This document shows, one piece after another, positions 12,232-28,359 of a stretch of DNA of 64,000 nt. Source of the stretch: Eledone cirrhosa (lineage: Eukaryota); NCBI GenBank assembly GCA_964016885.1, contig OZ024742.1, forward strand, positions 339,450,001-339,514,000, given 5' to 3'. The notes beneath the pieces were generated by a model. It was given only the letters and a program-made list of their open reading frames with translations, did no database searches and had not been told where the DNA came from. Position 1 is the first letter of the stretch. Each line of letters starts with the position of its first letter. The translations under genes and the position numbers were made by a program.

Positions 12232-12691
12232 TCATTTCTGAATTTGTTTAGCAATATTCTTTATCTGAAAACGTGTGTTGAAACCGATATTGTTATACTT
12301 TGGGAGGGTCATGTTGCCAATAAGAAACACACGCACCAGTTGCTTTCACTTCAATTTATTAGAATACATTTATAAATTTAGGAATTTATAAATTTCCAGT
12401 TGGTTGGTTGGTTCCACAACCAGATGGTTGTTTATATATTGTCAAAGTTCTTTCGTCACAAATTCTGTGACCTCTTCAGTGACTGGGGATTCTTTTCTTT
12501 GTTTTTTGTGCCTCTTCTTTGTTCTGTCCTACGCCATCTTATTTTTGTGTGTCACAAAACATCTGGTTGTGGAACCAACCAACCAACCGGAAATTTATAA
12601 ATTCCTAAATTTATAAATTTATTCTAATAAATTGAAGTGAAAGCAACTGGTGCGTGTGTTTCTTATTGGCAACATGACCCTCCCAAAGTAT

Positions 12692-12699
<8 letters not shown>
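12232..12699. mobile_element. Family B fold-back element (arms ~12287-12426 / 12560-12699) with a hammerhead-like motif at 12441-12484 (-)
   Basis: Inverted arms; minus strand gtca-CTGAAGAG-gtcaca..tgtgac-GAAA-gaac-TT-tgac; (TA)n on both sides. Confidence 0.8.
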
Positions 12700-12752
<53 letters not shown>

Positions 12753-12756
<4 letters not shown>

Positions 12757-13733
12757 AAGAAATTAAAAGATGGTTAAAAAAGTTCTATATATATATTATT
12801 ATGCGAATTTCAAAAACAAATATCATCCTGGGACAATAGTTGCGTTCTCATCAGATAAAATAAGGTAACATGATATGATGCCTAAAACACACTTGTGAAC
12901 AAGGAAGTGTCCAGTCAACATATGATAAATAAATATAAAAGGATATAGAAGATTTGAAAAAAAAGGAAGGAAGAGGAAAAAGGAAAAAGAAGGAGAAGAT
13001 AACGGAGGAAAAATTTAAGAAGGAAGGAGGAGAGAGAAAGAGAGAGACATTTAAACTGGAAACGCTGTCAAAACTGAAAAAACAACTGAATAACGGCTGA
13101 AAAAAATATATACGGCTACTAAATAAATAAATTAATAAATTGATGAGGTTTATGATTGATGATGTTTATGATTACAGATATAGAAACTAGGTATATTATT
13201 TATTTAGGGTTTATATACTAAAAGATTTATTAAGAGGTGTGAAAATGTATTATTAAAATAAAATAAAATAAAATAAAATAAAATAAAATAAAATAAAATA
13301 ATATAAAGTAAAATAAAATTAAATGATTTATAAGCGTAGAAGACGATATCATGTCCTAGTTTGTTTAAATAGAATGTAATTCAAAAAATATTTCTGTGAA
13401 AAAGTATATATGTGTAGAGGAAAATAAATAAGGGTAGTCCAATAATGTCAAAAATTAGAAGTTTACTATTAAAAATTACAGATTATATATAAAAATTAAA
13501 GATTATATATAAACAAATTTTTTATAGATTATATATAAAAGAAATTATATATGTGGGAAAAGTATTTAAATATTTAAATATTAAATTAATCCACAAGTAA
13601 ATAAAGGAAAATGTTATAATTATTTAACCATCTTTTAATTTCTTCTTATATATACTCCAGTCCAATAAACTGTTGAGTGCTACTTATCCGATATATGCAT
13701 AGTTTTATTGTTCTACAATAAAACTCACCTCCT

Positions 13734-13735
<2 letters not shown>
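12753..13735. mobile_element. Family A element: long inverted copy, short direct arm and tail
   Basis: Inverted repeat 12753-12778 / 13623-13648; decayed hammerhead 12792-12862 (-); tail stem-loop 13654-13678; homologous to 61341-61725. Confidence 0.75.
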
Positions 13736-14144
<409 letters not shown>

Positions 14145-14575
14145 CGTGCGTATGTGTGAGTTCATTCGCTCGTACGTATGCATGTGTTTATGTGTGTATG
14201 TATCTTACAGATATTGTTACTATGGAAACCTTAACGGGAACCCGATAAAGATAAATAAATATATAAATTGATTAATTTCCTGTGAAATTCAATGCGTGAG
14301 TTGTGGTTTGTGTGAGCTTTGATGTATGTGATTGTATGTCTGTATATATGTATGTATGTGTGTGTGTGTATATATATGTATGTGATTGTATGTATGTATG
14401 TGATTGTATGTATGTATGTATGTATGTGATTGTATGTATGTAAATATGTATGTATGTGTGTGTGTATGAGTGTATGTATGAATGTATGTAGGTATATTAC
14501 TATCTATTTCTCCCTCTCTCTCTGTGACAGCCCGCTCTCTTTCACACACACACACACTCCCCCCCATCTCTCTCT

Positions 14576-14650
<75 letters not shown>

Positions 14651-14718
14651 CACGGAGGGGTACCATCGCTGAACATTAATATCGGTAAGGTTTTTTTTAT
14701 ATCGATATTTGTCGGGCA

Positions 14719-14840
14719 TCCACTGATGATATATAAGTGCCCACCTACATATATTCCTACGGACTATGTGTGGGCTTCTACATAACCTGGACATTATTTT
14801 CCCAATTTGTAGAAAACTTATAATGAAACGTTCGTTTGGA
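14719..14840 (+). ncRNA. Hammerhead-like motif with branched ~90-nt stem II (family C element ~14650-15016)
   Basis: tcca-CTGATGA-(tataagt..acttata enclosing gcccac/gtgggc and ttctaca/tgtagaa hairpins)-GAAA-cgttcg-TT-tgga. Confidence 0.6.
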
Positions 14841-15123
14841 AAGAGAGATGTATTTTAATTATGTCTCATATAAAATAATACAACTGGCTATCCGCAAAAT
14901 ACGTATAGTTAGCACCCCAAACGTATAATTGGGATTATACTAAGGTATATCCTAATGTTTGTTGAGTGAGACGGAAGCCGGTCGGAGTATTGCTTAAAGC
15001 TTTCTCTGTTAATGTATTAAATATATATATATATATTTATTAGTGCAAATACGCTATCTTATAAATAGCGTATTTCTCTTGTTACATAGGTGTGTCTAAA
15101 GAGAGATAGATAAATAGATAGAT

Positions 15124-15385
15124 ATATTTCTTTGTTTGCCATAAGGGCGTACCCAAATGGGACACTACAAGAGGTGACGGCGGGGGTTTTACATAAAATC
15201 TTTAACAATCATGGATGACAATGAACTATATATATGAAAAAAAATAAAACAATCGAAATCACAATAGAACAAACCTACACCAGGTGTTCCTGTCTTCCTT
15301 CTGTTTGTTTTCCTCAAACTACAGTTTTATATACAGAGAAGGCCCATTCACTCGGGCCATTCGCAATATTCACCCACCTTTCAAC
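15124..15385 (-). mobile_element. Tx1-clade LINE 3' fragment flanked on both sides by (GATA)n
   Basis: Shares TTTCTTT.TTTGCCA terminus and GGCCCATTCACTCGGGCCAT with the other copies. Confidence 0.8.
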
Positions 15386-15470
15386 GATAGATAGATAGAT
15401 AGATAGATATACAGATATATAGATAGAGAGTGAGAGAGAGGAGGCTGTCACGCAGAGATAAAGAGAGGGA

Positions 15471-15510
<40 letters not shown>

Positions 15511-15520
15511 GAGGGAGAGA

Positions 15521-15602
<82 letters not shown>

Positions 15603-15782
15603 ACATAGATACATAGAACATAAACAATATAAAGGATGACAAGGGATAAAAAATACATCGCCGATGACGAAAGACTAAATCAATATTGGTTCACATAGTC
15701 TAACACTACACTGTATTTATTGACTACATAGATTGATAGGTAGACAAACAGATAGATTGAAGGATAGATAGATAGATAGATA

Positions 15783-18700
15783 TCTTTTTTTATTTGCCAC
15801 AGGGGCGCACAAGAAAAGGGGACAATACAAAGACACATGCCGGGGATTTTACATACAGTCGTGTAAAAATATGATTAAAACAAACAAATTTAACAATGGA
15901 AATCCCCAATAGGAGGGAGGCGTTACAAATGGGTTGTTTAACACCCCGTCGATAGAACAACCCTCAACTTCAGGAGCGTGTTGTGCAAGTGCCTTTTCTT
16001 CCTTTTGCTCTCTTCTTCAACCTACAGGTTTATATACAGAGAAGGCCCAATCACTCGGGCCATTTTCGCTTCATTCCCCCACCTTTCAGTAAATTTACTG
16101 GGGTGCAGTGCCTCTCTCTCCACTCTGATTTTCCTTCTAAAGTGGTACCTAAAGAAGGGAATGAGTTGTTGTCCGGAGAGAAAGCCATCTGTCCTCAGTC
16201 TTCTCAATCTCGTCCACCATATAACCTCTTTCACCATAGCCTCTATATGGAGGAAAACCGCTTCTCTTTCGTTTTTGAAAGAAGTTGGCGGTTTGATCCT
16301 TACTATGGATTCGGCAGTCAACTGGATTTGTCCCAAACGCGAGAGCAGTTGTTCTGCGTAGTTCCACAGGTCAGTTACGCCCGGGCAGTGTACAATTGCG
16401 TGCAAGACAGTTTCAATGTCCTGCTCGCATCTTGGACACGTCCTCTTGGAAGGATCCCTGCCGGGGCGGTCGTTCATGTAGATCTTGTTCTCGGTAGCAC
16501 TGCCAGGCCAGGGACCTCTGGAAATTGTCCATAGGTCCCGGGCGGAAAGTCCTACCAAACAGACTGGTGAGCTCATCTTCTTCGACGCCCAGAGTTTCTC
16601 CGATCACGTCGTCGCCCTTCTGACGTACTAACCCTCTATAGAATGTCGAAGTGGAGTCTCCACTGATTGCTGTGCCCGCTTGACAGAGGACTGTGAGCGC
16701 CTGAGTGCATTCAATGTGCCAGGCGCCCATCTTCTTCAGTCTCCGCTTGACCCAGGACTGCAGCTCCATCTGCAAGAAAAGTTGCGGGTAGGCCTGTCTC
16801 ACAAACGGTGCCCACACCGGTTGGTCGGTGAGGAATACCTGGAGATGCCGTAGCCTCAGCGCATGTTTGCGCATCATGAGCCACGGTATTCCCAGCCATC
16901 CGTTCTGTTTCTGTTTCGTTTTTCTTTAAGGCTAGTTCTTTGCTAAATGCTATCGACTCAACTCTAATTGCTCTCTTGAGAGTGTACCACCATCTATTGT
17001 TGACGATGGCTCCCGTCAACTGTTGCTTAACTAATCTACATATCTGTTCACTGTAGGCTTTACGAATCGGTAACGACATGTTCAGCTTCCAGTATCCGAG
17101 TCCTTGTCTATGTGTTCTATCATGGTTGACTATGCAGGTGACTAGTTTGTAGTCTGAATAGGCAACTATGTGCATTTGTGGACAGCTTAAAATCTTCTTG
17201 TCTCTCTCTCTAATAAAGAACCTATCTAAATACGATCTAGATGTTCCGCTAAGGTTTGTCCACGTCCACTGTGGTGCAGTCGGGAAATCTTGTCGATACC
17301 TATCGGCTAGTTGGAATTGGCCGATTAAATTTTTGAGGCTGTTGAACCCCCCCTGGGACATGTTCCTATATAGTCCCATCGTGCGTCTAGGATACCATTC
17401 CAGTCCCTCACTAAAAGCAAGGAGCGAGACGTTCCAAGAAAAGACTCTAGACGCTTAAAGAAGTCTGGCCGCGATTGCCCAGTCGAGGCATAAACGGCCA
17501 CCAGTCTGAAGGCTCCACCTCCAACACTGTTCACGTCTAGGACTACCAGTCTACCCTCCGGGTCCAAGTGTACTTGCTGTACTTCGAGGTCCAGGTTTTT
17601 CCGAAACATGACAGCCACTCCCCCTGCACCTCCTGGCTGACAGAGAGATGCGTAGATATCAAAGTCGTTGAAGATGGGGTTAGTTGCTGCCTGTTGTGGA
17701 TCCTGGACTCGGTGATGGCTATCACATCCATACCGTGTGACCTAAGGTCGTTTAAAAGTTGGCCCTGTTTCCAGGGCATCCCTAGGCCACGCACACTTCC
17801 AACTCGTAAATTAGCCATGTTGGTGGAGAATAGTTGGCGAAAAAGGACGAAAAGATGCACTTACCTTTTCGTTTCCTGGAGATCAGGTTGTTCAATCTCC
17901 ATTTGGGTGCTGGTGGAGGTGTTGGGTGGGGTGGGGAAACATTTTAATAGGACGCGGTTAATAGGTTTTTGACAGGAGTTGCCAACGTCCTCCGAAAATT
18001 GTTCTTTTAATTTCTGGTAGGTCTCCATAGAAACCCTTATCAGTTTTAGGTGTGGTGCAGAGTCTGACTTGACAAAGGTTTTCCCCTCAGTTTCTACTTT
18101 GGGGTCTTGGGAGATGACCTCCATCAGGTTTTTGTTGTTTATGTTAATGTATGTGTATTGTTGTTTGCTTTTTTGTTGTGTTGTTTTGGTTTGTTGTTCA
18201 TTTTGTAGTTTTCTTTTTATAGTGGGCATTTGTGTTTGGGGTGGTGTTGGTGTTTGTTTTGCTGGTAGGGAGGTGGTTGATTGTGGTGGTGTTTGTATTG
18301 TTGTTTGTGTTAGTTGTGTGTTCGTGCTGGTGATTGGTATTTTTGTGGCTTTGCGGTGTCTCTTTCTTTTTTTTTTTTTTGATTTCCGAGCCTCTCCTTC
18401 ATCTTCACGTGGGGATAGAGAAGTAGCCTCGTCTGACGATGAATCGTCATCAGGATTGTGTTTTTGTGTATGTGTTTGTGGTAGTGTTGGATGGAGTGGG
18501 ATACGGTGGGAATGTGTTCTTCAGGGGAGTTGTCTGTATTTTTTCTGTTGTTGTTGGTTGAGTGGCTGTTTGTTTTGGTGTGTTTGCTTGTTTTTTTGGG
18601 TGCTGTTATTGTTGTGGTGGTTTTGGTGTCGGTGTTGGTCAGAGTATGTTTTTGGATTGTTTTTTTAAAGTTTGTCTGTAAAGGGCAAGAGGCCTTTAAA

Positions 18701-19080
18701 TGTGATGTACTGTCACATTGAATGCCGGCTTTCTTGTTTCATTTCAAACAGTTCTGAAGGTAACTGTCCTTCGAAGTGTTTCAAGTCGAATTTCTGGGGA
18801 TGAGTTTATCTTAAACCCTCCTTTTACAATTTTTTTTTGCTTCAGAAAGCATTTGTCTCGCATTGGAGATATCGAAGAAGAAGAAGAAGAAGAAGAAGAA
18901 GAAGAAGAAGAAGAAGAAGAAGAAGAAGAAGAAGAAGAAGAAGAAGACTGGATTGGAGTAATGGGAAATTAAATGTCCCGGAATCGGACCGGTAACTTTA
19001 CTAACGTTCTGGAGTTTTGTATAGTCAGTTTCGGTCATGTATTCTTTGTATATTCTTCTAAATTATTCTAAGGTTTGATT
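15783..19080 (-). mobile_element. Tx1/L1-clade LINE, near full extent but RT domain deleted
   Basis: ORF1 remnants 17861-19040; APE start MANLRVGSVRGL..DVIAITES, SYLDRFF, SDYKLV, GYWKL; junction at ~16907 to C-terminal CPRC..ETVLHAIVHCP; 3' end at (GATA)n; (GAA)n at 18874-18927. Confidence 0.88.
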
Positions 19081-20389
19081 AATTGGTTAAATGAATTTTG
19101 GTAAATTACTTAGAACAATTGAAATATTCTTGTGAACTTGAATTTCTAAAAAAAGGCGGTGAATTTGCAGAGTCCCCATGGCGTCGGATTAAAAAATAAC
19201 TTGATATATGTTCAAAGCAGGCCACTGTCAACTTTGTTTTTCATCCTTTCGCGGTCGATAAATAAAGTACCAATCATATACAGGCGTTGGTTCTTCCATA
19301 ATCTCTTTTTATCGCTTGTTCTTTCACACTTTCTTTCATTTTTCTTTCAATTTTCTTTCTTTTTTCTTTCATTCTTTCTTTTTTCATTCATTCATTCTTT
19401 CTTTCATTCTCTGGAAAAATCAATTGTATTCCGACCTGAATTGGAATGGGTTCTGCCATGAAGATATGATATGCCTTATAGCAATGATCCAACGACTCTA
19501 CCAAGAGTTAAGGAACCTTCACCTTTCTTATATAATATTTATTTCATTCAAGGGACACTACTCCTGCAAAAATTCATTTAGAGTTATGTCCCTTGGAATT
19601 TTATTTATGATTTTATCGAAAGTGCTATTTTCGTACTTTATGAATTAGTGTTAAAAAACGAAATGTGATGTCGAATCGTTCATTAGGATTTATTTTAAAG
19701 AAAATTTAGAACAACACAACTGTTTATGGCAGTTGATATTCTATGTGTCTGAGAAGTATTTGTAAAGGCTGTTTTTAACATTTTATGACTGTTTTGAGAT
19801 TTTTAACCATCTCCACATTGAAACTGTAAAAATAACCATTACAATTGTTCCTAAGCCTCAGAGAATATCAAACAGACTAAGCCCTGGTTTGTGAAGTATG
19901 GAATTCCCTTAAAATAAATCCTGTGAATGTAGTATTTGACATAAAATGTAAACTTACTGAATAAAATTAGATGTGGAACTAAGCAAGCGGGGAATAATCT
20001 GCACGTTAAAAATAATAGCTAATGTGATGTCAGATCATTCATGCCTTACCCCAACATTTATTGACATACGGCGTTTCTAGCCCATTTAAAAACCTGGCGG
20101 AGCCTATCTCTTCTCCAGATTTCTTTCAGAGAATGATAGAGAGAGTGAGAGAAAGGAAGTGAGAAAGAGATATAGAGGAAGAATCAACCTCAAGTACGAG
20201 ACTGATACCTTTTTATCGACTTTAAATGGATGAAAGGCAAAGTTAATCTCGCTGAACAGCTATAGGGATGAGTAAATACAATTTCTCTGCAATCTAAATA
20301 GCTAAATACTCAATGAATCTCTCTGCAATTGTATTTTGTACATGGAAAGTTTTCCGTATGTACAAGATTGTATGTGGTTCGAGTGTTAC

Positions 20390-20610
20390 ACTCTCGATTG
20401 TGAGTTCGATTCCTGGTGATGTGTTGGGTTTACACAGTCGGTAAAAATAAATTCTACCCGAGACTGAGAGGGCCAGCTTTGTCACACTGTCACACTGTGT
20501 CACGCTGTAGCTCCCTGAAAACTATCGTAAGGCTACACGTGCTAGTGAAATGTGCAAGCAGTTACAGGTTAATTTCTAGAGCAAGACCACTCTTCATTAG
20601 AACCACCGGA
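20390..20610 (+). mobile_element. Old SINE (family S2)
   Basis: B-box-like GAGTTCGATTCC at ~20402; body similar to the reverse complement of 1950-2090. Confidence 0.5.
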
Positions 20611-21069
20611 AGTCCAACACCAAATAACATGGAGTCTTTCTTGATGTATATGTTTCTATTTCTATGACTTCATATGTTTTTGTGTTTGTTTGTTTGTCTG
20701 AGTATGTATGTGTATGTATGTGTATGTATGAGCGTGTATGTGTGCGTGTTAGACATACGGAATTCAAAAAGGTGTCCAGGGTTGTTGTGGCAAGATGGTT
20801 AATAACCCTGTTGCTACTCCCTATGTATATGAGTGAAAACGTAGTTGTGCGTGTTTGTGTGTACACAGAATTACACACAGATGTATATATTATTAATTTT
20901 GTATTGTGTTACTCGTTTCATTTATTTGAATACGGCCATTCTGGGACACTGTCTTGTAGAATATTAGTCCATCACATCCATCCCAGAGTATATTTCCCAA
21001 TTATGGTACACATTTTATCGGTCTCATTTCCTTGAACCGCTATTCCCACTTATTCCTGAGAGAGTCGCA

Positions 21070-21390
21070 GGGGCAGACTCCTCAAACACCCCTTTCAGCG
21101 GACCCTGTCAGAAGCAACCGTCTCCAACATATCCAGCTGGATCCCCAACTGGGACAAGACAATCTCATGGATGTTATCCAATCATCATGCTCTGGGTCTA
21201 CCCCTGGGTCTCTTGCCGACTGGTTTTGCCCGTAAAATCTGTCCAGCGACTCTTTCCTGAGACATCCTAACCACATGGCCGTAATATCGGAGCTGTGATT
21301 TCTCAATTCGGAGAAGTAGAAGCTCTACCTGGAGTGACTTCGATCTTCGAGCTACACACTCTATCGAGTAACGTAACACTATTTCACACA
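21070..21390 (-). mobile_element. RTE-clade LINE 3' fragment
   Basis: LLLRIEKSQLRYYGHVVRMSQERVAGQILRAKPVGKRPRGRPR matches the RTE C-terminal motif. Confidence 0.8.
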
Positions 21391-21454
21391 CAAAAACTGC
21401 TATGAATTTAATTTTGTGTGGAATATAAAACCCTTATTATTAAGGCTAAATACT

Positions 21455-21653
21455 TAATTAAGGCCAAGGGCGGTGGATTGACAGTATCGGTAGAGGGTCG
21501 GACGCCATGTTTTCCAGCATAGTTACGTCCCTTTACGATCTGAGTTCAAATCCCGCCGAGGTTGACTTTGCCTTTCATCCTTACGGGGTCGATAAAATAA
21601 AGTACCAGTAATGCACTGGGTAATTGCTGGCCTTGTGCCTAAAGTAGAAACAA
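21455..21653 (+). mobile_element. Full-length S1 tRNA-derived SINE with 18-bp TSD
   Basis: A-box-like sequence and B box GAGTTCAAATCC; core GCCTTTCATCCTTACGGGGTCGATAAAAT (Nin-domain-like, from memory); TSD TTATTAAGGCTAAATACT at 21437-21454 and 21654-21671. Confidence 0.9.
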
Positions 21654-21860
21654 TTATTAAGGCTAAATACTGAGTCTTGTTACTCTAGAGTTTCGCCTGT
21701 TTAACACATGGTCATTAGAGTTCTTCTCTAATGGTCCTGTGATAAACAGGCGAAACTCCAGAGTAACAAGACTCACTTTTTAGCCTTAATGAAAATGAAT
21801 ATTAAAACTCCACTTCGGTATTGAGTACTCCTTTCTCTCAGCCGTCAACCACATACGGAT
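21654..21860 (+). mobile_element. Fold-back element centred on a hammerhead stem II, with tail
   Basis: Arms 21656-21720 / 21726-21790 contain GAAA-ctctagag-TA; tail stem-loop 21807-21826. Confidence 0.75.
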
Positions 21861-21877
21861 ATATATATATATATATA

Positions 21878-22160
<283 letters not shown>

Positions 22161-22184
22161 ATAGATATATAGATATATATACTT

Positions 22185-22463
22185 TTAAATTTGGTGGTCT
22201 ACCACTGGGTAGAATTGGTCATTCTGCAATGTTAATCGTGACGTAATATGAGAAGAGCACTCGACGTTATGCAACTCATCCATGTTCAATGTTGAATCAT
22301 GTTGGGGGTGCGGGAACGGAGTAAATGTATTATAAAGGGAAATGACAGGAGGCCAAATATGTTGAATTTCCTTCATTTTTTATAACTGAATGCGCATAGT
22401 CTTTACAGTTATAAAAAATGAAGGAAATTCAACATATTTGGCCTCCTGTCATTTCCCTTTATA

Positions 22464-22466
<3 letters not shown>
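22185..22466 (-). mobile_element. Fold-back element (arms 22328-22388 / 22406-22466) with tail
   Basis: ~61-bp perfect inverted repeat; tail stem-loop ACTC-CGTT...AACG-TC-GAGT at 22259-22322 (-). Confidence 0.8.
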
Positions 22467-22552
<86 letters not shown>

Positions 22553-22624
22553 CATTATGAAGAGAGAAGAAACATTTAGATATAATTAGTAATAAAATGT
22601 ATCATACCTAAACTGCTCCTAAAT

Positions 22625-22714
22625 TCCTCGACTACGTAGTTTCGTGGCATAAACAAAAACAATATATCATAAAGATATAGAGTCCTTGCGAGGTCTGCCG
22701 ACTTATCAAGAGGA
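22625..22714 (-). ncRNA. Decayed hammerhead with long stem II (element ~22551-22810)
   Basis: tcctc-TTGATAA-gtcggca...tgccac-GAAA-ctacgtag-TC-gagga; core carries two substitutions. Confidence 0.55.
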
Positions 22715-22834
22715 TACCTCATTTTACTAGTCTCAAGAACGCGTCTACACGACGTGAGAAAGAATCCCAAAAAGGCGGAGGGGGAGATAGTCACGCGATA
22801 TAACGGTCGATATATATATATATATATATATATA

Positions 22835-23027
22835 GTTGTAAGGTTACAAGGTAAATGCGTCCGTAGGCGGTATGCCGGTTGAGCACTCGATGCTCGCGCA
22901 GATCTATTACGGATCGATTACAGAGTCAGCTTCGATCTGTAATAGATCTTGCCTCGAGCTGATCGATAGAGAAACATATGTAGTATGTTAATAAATATAT
23001 GATGCAACACTGAATCCTCGTTCTTTA

Positions 23028-23030
<3 letters not shown>
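22835..23030. mobile_element. Relative of the 6926-7206 element
   Basis: Shared TGCGTCCGTAGGCGG..GAGCACTCGATGCTCGC and GAGCTGATCGA..GAAACATATGTA..ATGATGCAACACTGA; internal hairpin ~22891-22948. Confidence 0.7.
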
Positions 23031-23109
<79 letters not shown>

Positions 23110-23304
23110 GAAAAGATTAAGTTGGAAATAGAACGGGAAATATATTTAAAGGTCTGTTTTTCTCTTTTGACCCCCCCCCCCCAAAAAAAAAACAAGACCT
23201 TAAATATATCTCCCGTGCTATTTCCAACTTTATCTTTTCTCTATATCCACTGTTTTGTATATAACCTCACTTCCCTTTTCTTATATATATATATACATAT
23301 ATAT

Positions 23305-24017
<713 letters not shown>

Positions 24018-24490
24018 ACAATATACATACGCATGTGTTTGCGTGTGTGTGTGTGTAACTACCTGACTTAATAAGTCGATGATATAACATTATGTCTTGT
24101 CCCAAAAGGGGTGGTACCATTTCTAAAAATGGTAAAATATCTTACTTACCAATTTTCACAAATTATTGATGTCCCTCTTCGTTCTGAGTTTATCCCATCG
24201 AGGTTTACATTTTCTTTCATCTTTCAGATCCCATAAAATATGTATGACTCACGTGTATAGACGCAGACATGACTGCAACGATTCCTTGACAAATTTGTGA
24301 ATCTGGGTTCGATACCTCTGCATGGTATTCATATGTATTATCTCACGATGACTAAGACGCTATAGATGGGATTTAGTAGATACTAGACGTACACCATCCT
24401 ACTACACACAGGACATTTAAAATGTAGTCATCGCAATTTCAATCCTTTCTTGAATCAAATGGGTTGAATGTGGCAAGTGTGTTTCTGTTT

Positions 24491-24690
24491 NNNNNNNNNN
24501 NNNNNNNNNNNNNNNNNNNNNNNNNNNNNNNNNNNNNNNNNNNNNNNNNNNNNNNNNNNNNNNNNNNNNNNNNNNNNNNNNNNNNNNNNNNNNNNNNNNN
24601 NNNNNNNNNNNNNNNNNNNNNNNNNNNNNNNNNNNNNNNNNNNNNNNNNNNNNNNNNNNNNNNNNNNNNNNNNNNNNNNNNNNNNNNNNN
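24491..24690. other. Assembly gap (200 N)
   Basis: Run of n. Confidence 1.
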
Positions 24691-26155
24691 CAACCATCTC
24701 AAGCAGGTGACAAAAAAGGCAGTGCTTGAATTTGAACAGCGCATAGCAACCATCCCTGACAGTAAGGTGTTCTGGAAGTATGTACACTCAAAGCAGAGGC
24801 CTCACTCGCCAGTTGGTCCTCTTCGAAATCCCCACACAAGTCAAATTACTGACGACCCCAAGGAATGCGCAGAACTCATTCCTGAATGCTATGCAGGCAT
24901 TTTCACTGTTGAAGACCAGAATGTACCATCTCTGCCACCTCTGACATCAAATTCTATTACAACTATGGAATTTACACCTGCAATGCTGCGACGTCACCAT
25001 AAAAATAAACACGCCACCATGCCTCCCCTGATGTTACATACCTGCTTCTCAACCGTAGTGGCTACTTCCTTCTGCACCAGCTATCACTCTTCTTTCAATT
25101 CTGTCTGAATAACGGTGCTACTCCGGAGCAGTTGAAAACTGCCAGTGTCATTCCCCTGTTCAAAAAGGGCAACCGCACGTCACCTGTGAACTATCGTCCA
25201 GTCAGTCTTACTAGCTGTATTGCCAAACTGATGGAATCCTGTGTCAGAGAAACACTTTGGAACTTCTAGAACTCTCACAGTCTTATCCGGCCCTTGCAAT
25301 TTGGATGTATCCCTAACTCCAGCTGGTGTGATCAACTTATCGAGTTTCTTGAAGACATCACTCGGATCACTGATGGCGGCACATGGGTGGATGTTGTCTA
25401 TCTTAACTTTGCTAAAGCTTTCAATTCTGTGTCACACAAAAGACTTATGGCAAAACTCTCTGCAATGGATGTGAAGGATGATCTTTTTAACTGGTTGAAG
25501 TCCTTCATTCTCAGTCGAAGAGAGGTAGTCACGGTTCTAGGACAGCATTCCTCACCGTCTGAGATGTCATCTGGTGTACCACAGGGATCTGTTCTTGGTC
25601 CCCTTTGTTTGTGGCATATATTAATGACATAGATGCCAACTTAAAGAATGCCACAGTACTCAAATATGCAGATGACATCAAGCTGTACTTTGAGATAAAA
25701 AGGACAGATCCTGAACACTATAGATCTTTCCTGCAATCAGACCCGGACACAATGCAACAGACTGGCAACTGAAGCTGGCTGTGGACAAGTGTACCACCAT
25801 GCATTTTGGGAGTTAAATCCCAGCGTCCACATACTCCCTCCACAACACTAATATCAAGAAGTCTTCTTGTGAACGTGACCTGAGCATTACTGCCAGCAGG
25901 GATTTGCGTTGCACGAAGCACGTCTCTAAAATTGTCAAGAAGGCCGACGGTGTCTTAGCATCACTCAGCAAAACCTTTGTCAGCCACTCTCCAGCTATCT
26001 ATTTAAAGCTGTATATAGCTATGGTGCGGCCACACTTAGAATTTGCAGCACCAATGTCGAAACTTCATCTTACTCGGAACATTGACCTCCTGGAAATTGT
26101 TCAGAGACGTGCAAGCAGCCAAGCGAATACTCTCCATCAGTCATCTACCAGAATA
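24691..26155 (+). mobile_element. Decayed CR1-clade LINE RT fragment
   Basis: NYRPVSLTS, VDVVYLNFAKAFNSVSH, SGVPQGSVLGP, KYADDIKL, LYIAMVRPHLEFA, with frameshifts and stops. Confidence 0.88.
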
Positions 26156-26219
26156 TAACGTATATATTAAGATTAACAACTAACATAAGCATTAACTGTA
26201 TGCAAATTGGTATCGCTGC

Positions 26220-27793
<1,574 letters not shown>

Positions 27794-27882
27794 TTCAAAA
27801 TATTAATAAATATAGACATTCATGTAATGAAATATATTTTATTATATATATTTGGGAGGTACTGTGCTGTTTCCTCAGTACG

Positions 27883-27956
<74 letters not shown>

Positions 27957-27961
<5 letters not shown>

Positions 27962-28350
27962 GATGGGTGCTCTGAAATAGCGATGTATATTTGAACGTAT
28001 GCATAGTATATTTGGCAATATACCGTATGTTTAATTAAAAACGTTTTGAAAACCTTGCGCTATCATTTCTAAAGTAGTGACTATGTCACTTATTTCTTTT
28101 TTTCGGCAAAAGAAGGGAGAGAAGCTAACACAGTCTGTTTCACACTGTTGGTGAACATCAGAGCAACGCCTTTAGCCGAAAAATTATAGAAGCTGGATTC
28201 TTATAGAATTCCAGTAATAATCAGCAGCTGATTATACAGAGCGATTGCTGGTCCAGCAAAAATTAGCTATTAGGATTGGTGCTCTGAAATGGCGATGTAT
28301 ACATGAATGTATGTATAGTATATTTGGCAATATACTGTATGTTTAATTAC
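27957..28350 (+). repeat. ~80-bp direct repeat pair (27957-28036, 28269-28348)
   Basis: ATTAGGATKGGTGCTCTGAAATRGCGATGTATA..GTATATTTGGCAATATACYGTATGTTTAATTA occurs twice. Confidence 0.75.
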
Positions 28351-28359
28351 GTGAGAGAG

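Noticed and set aside
21455-21653. tRNA gene
   Set aside because: A/B boxes are present but there is no cloverleaf; it is multi-copy with a TSD, so a SINE
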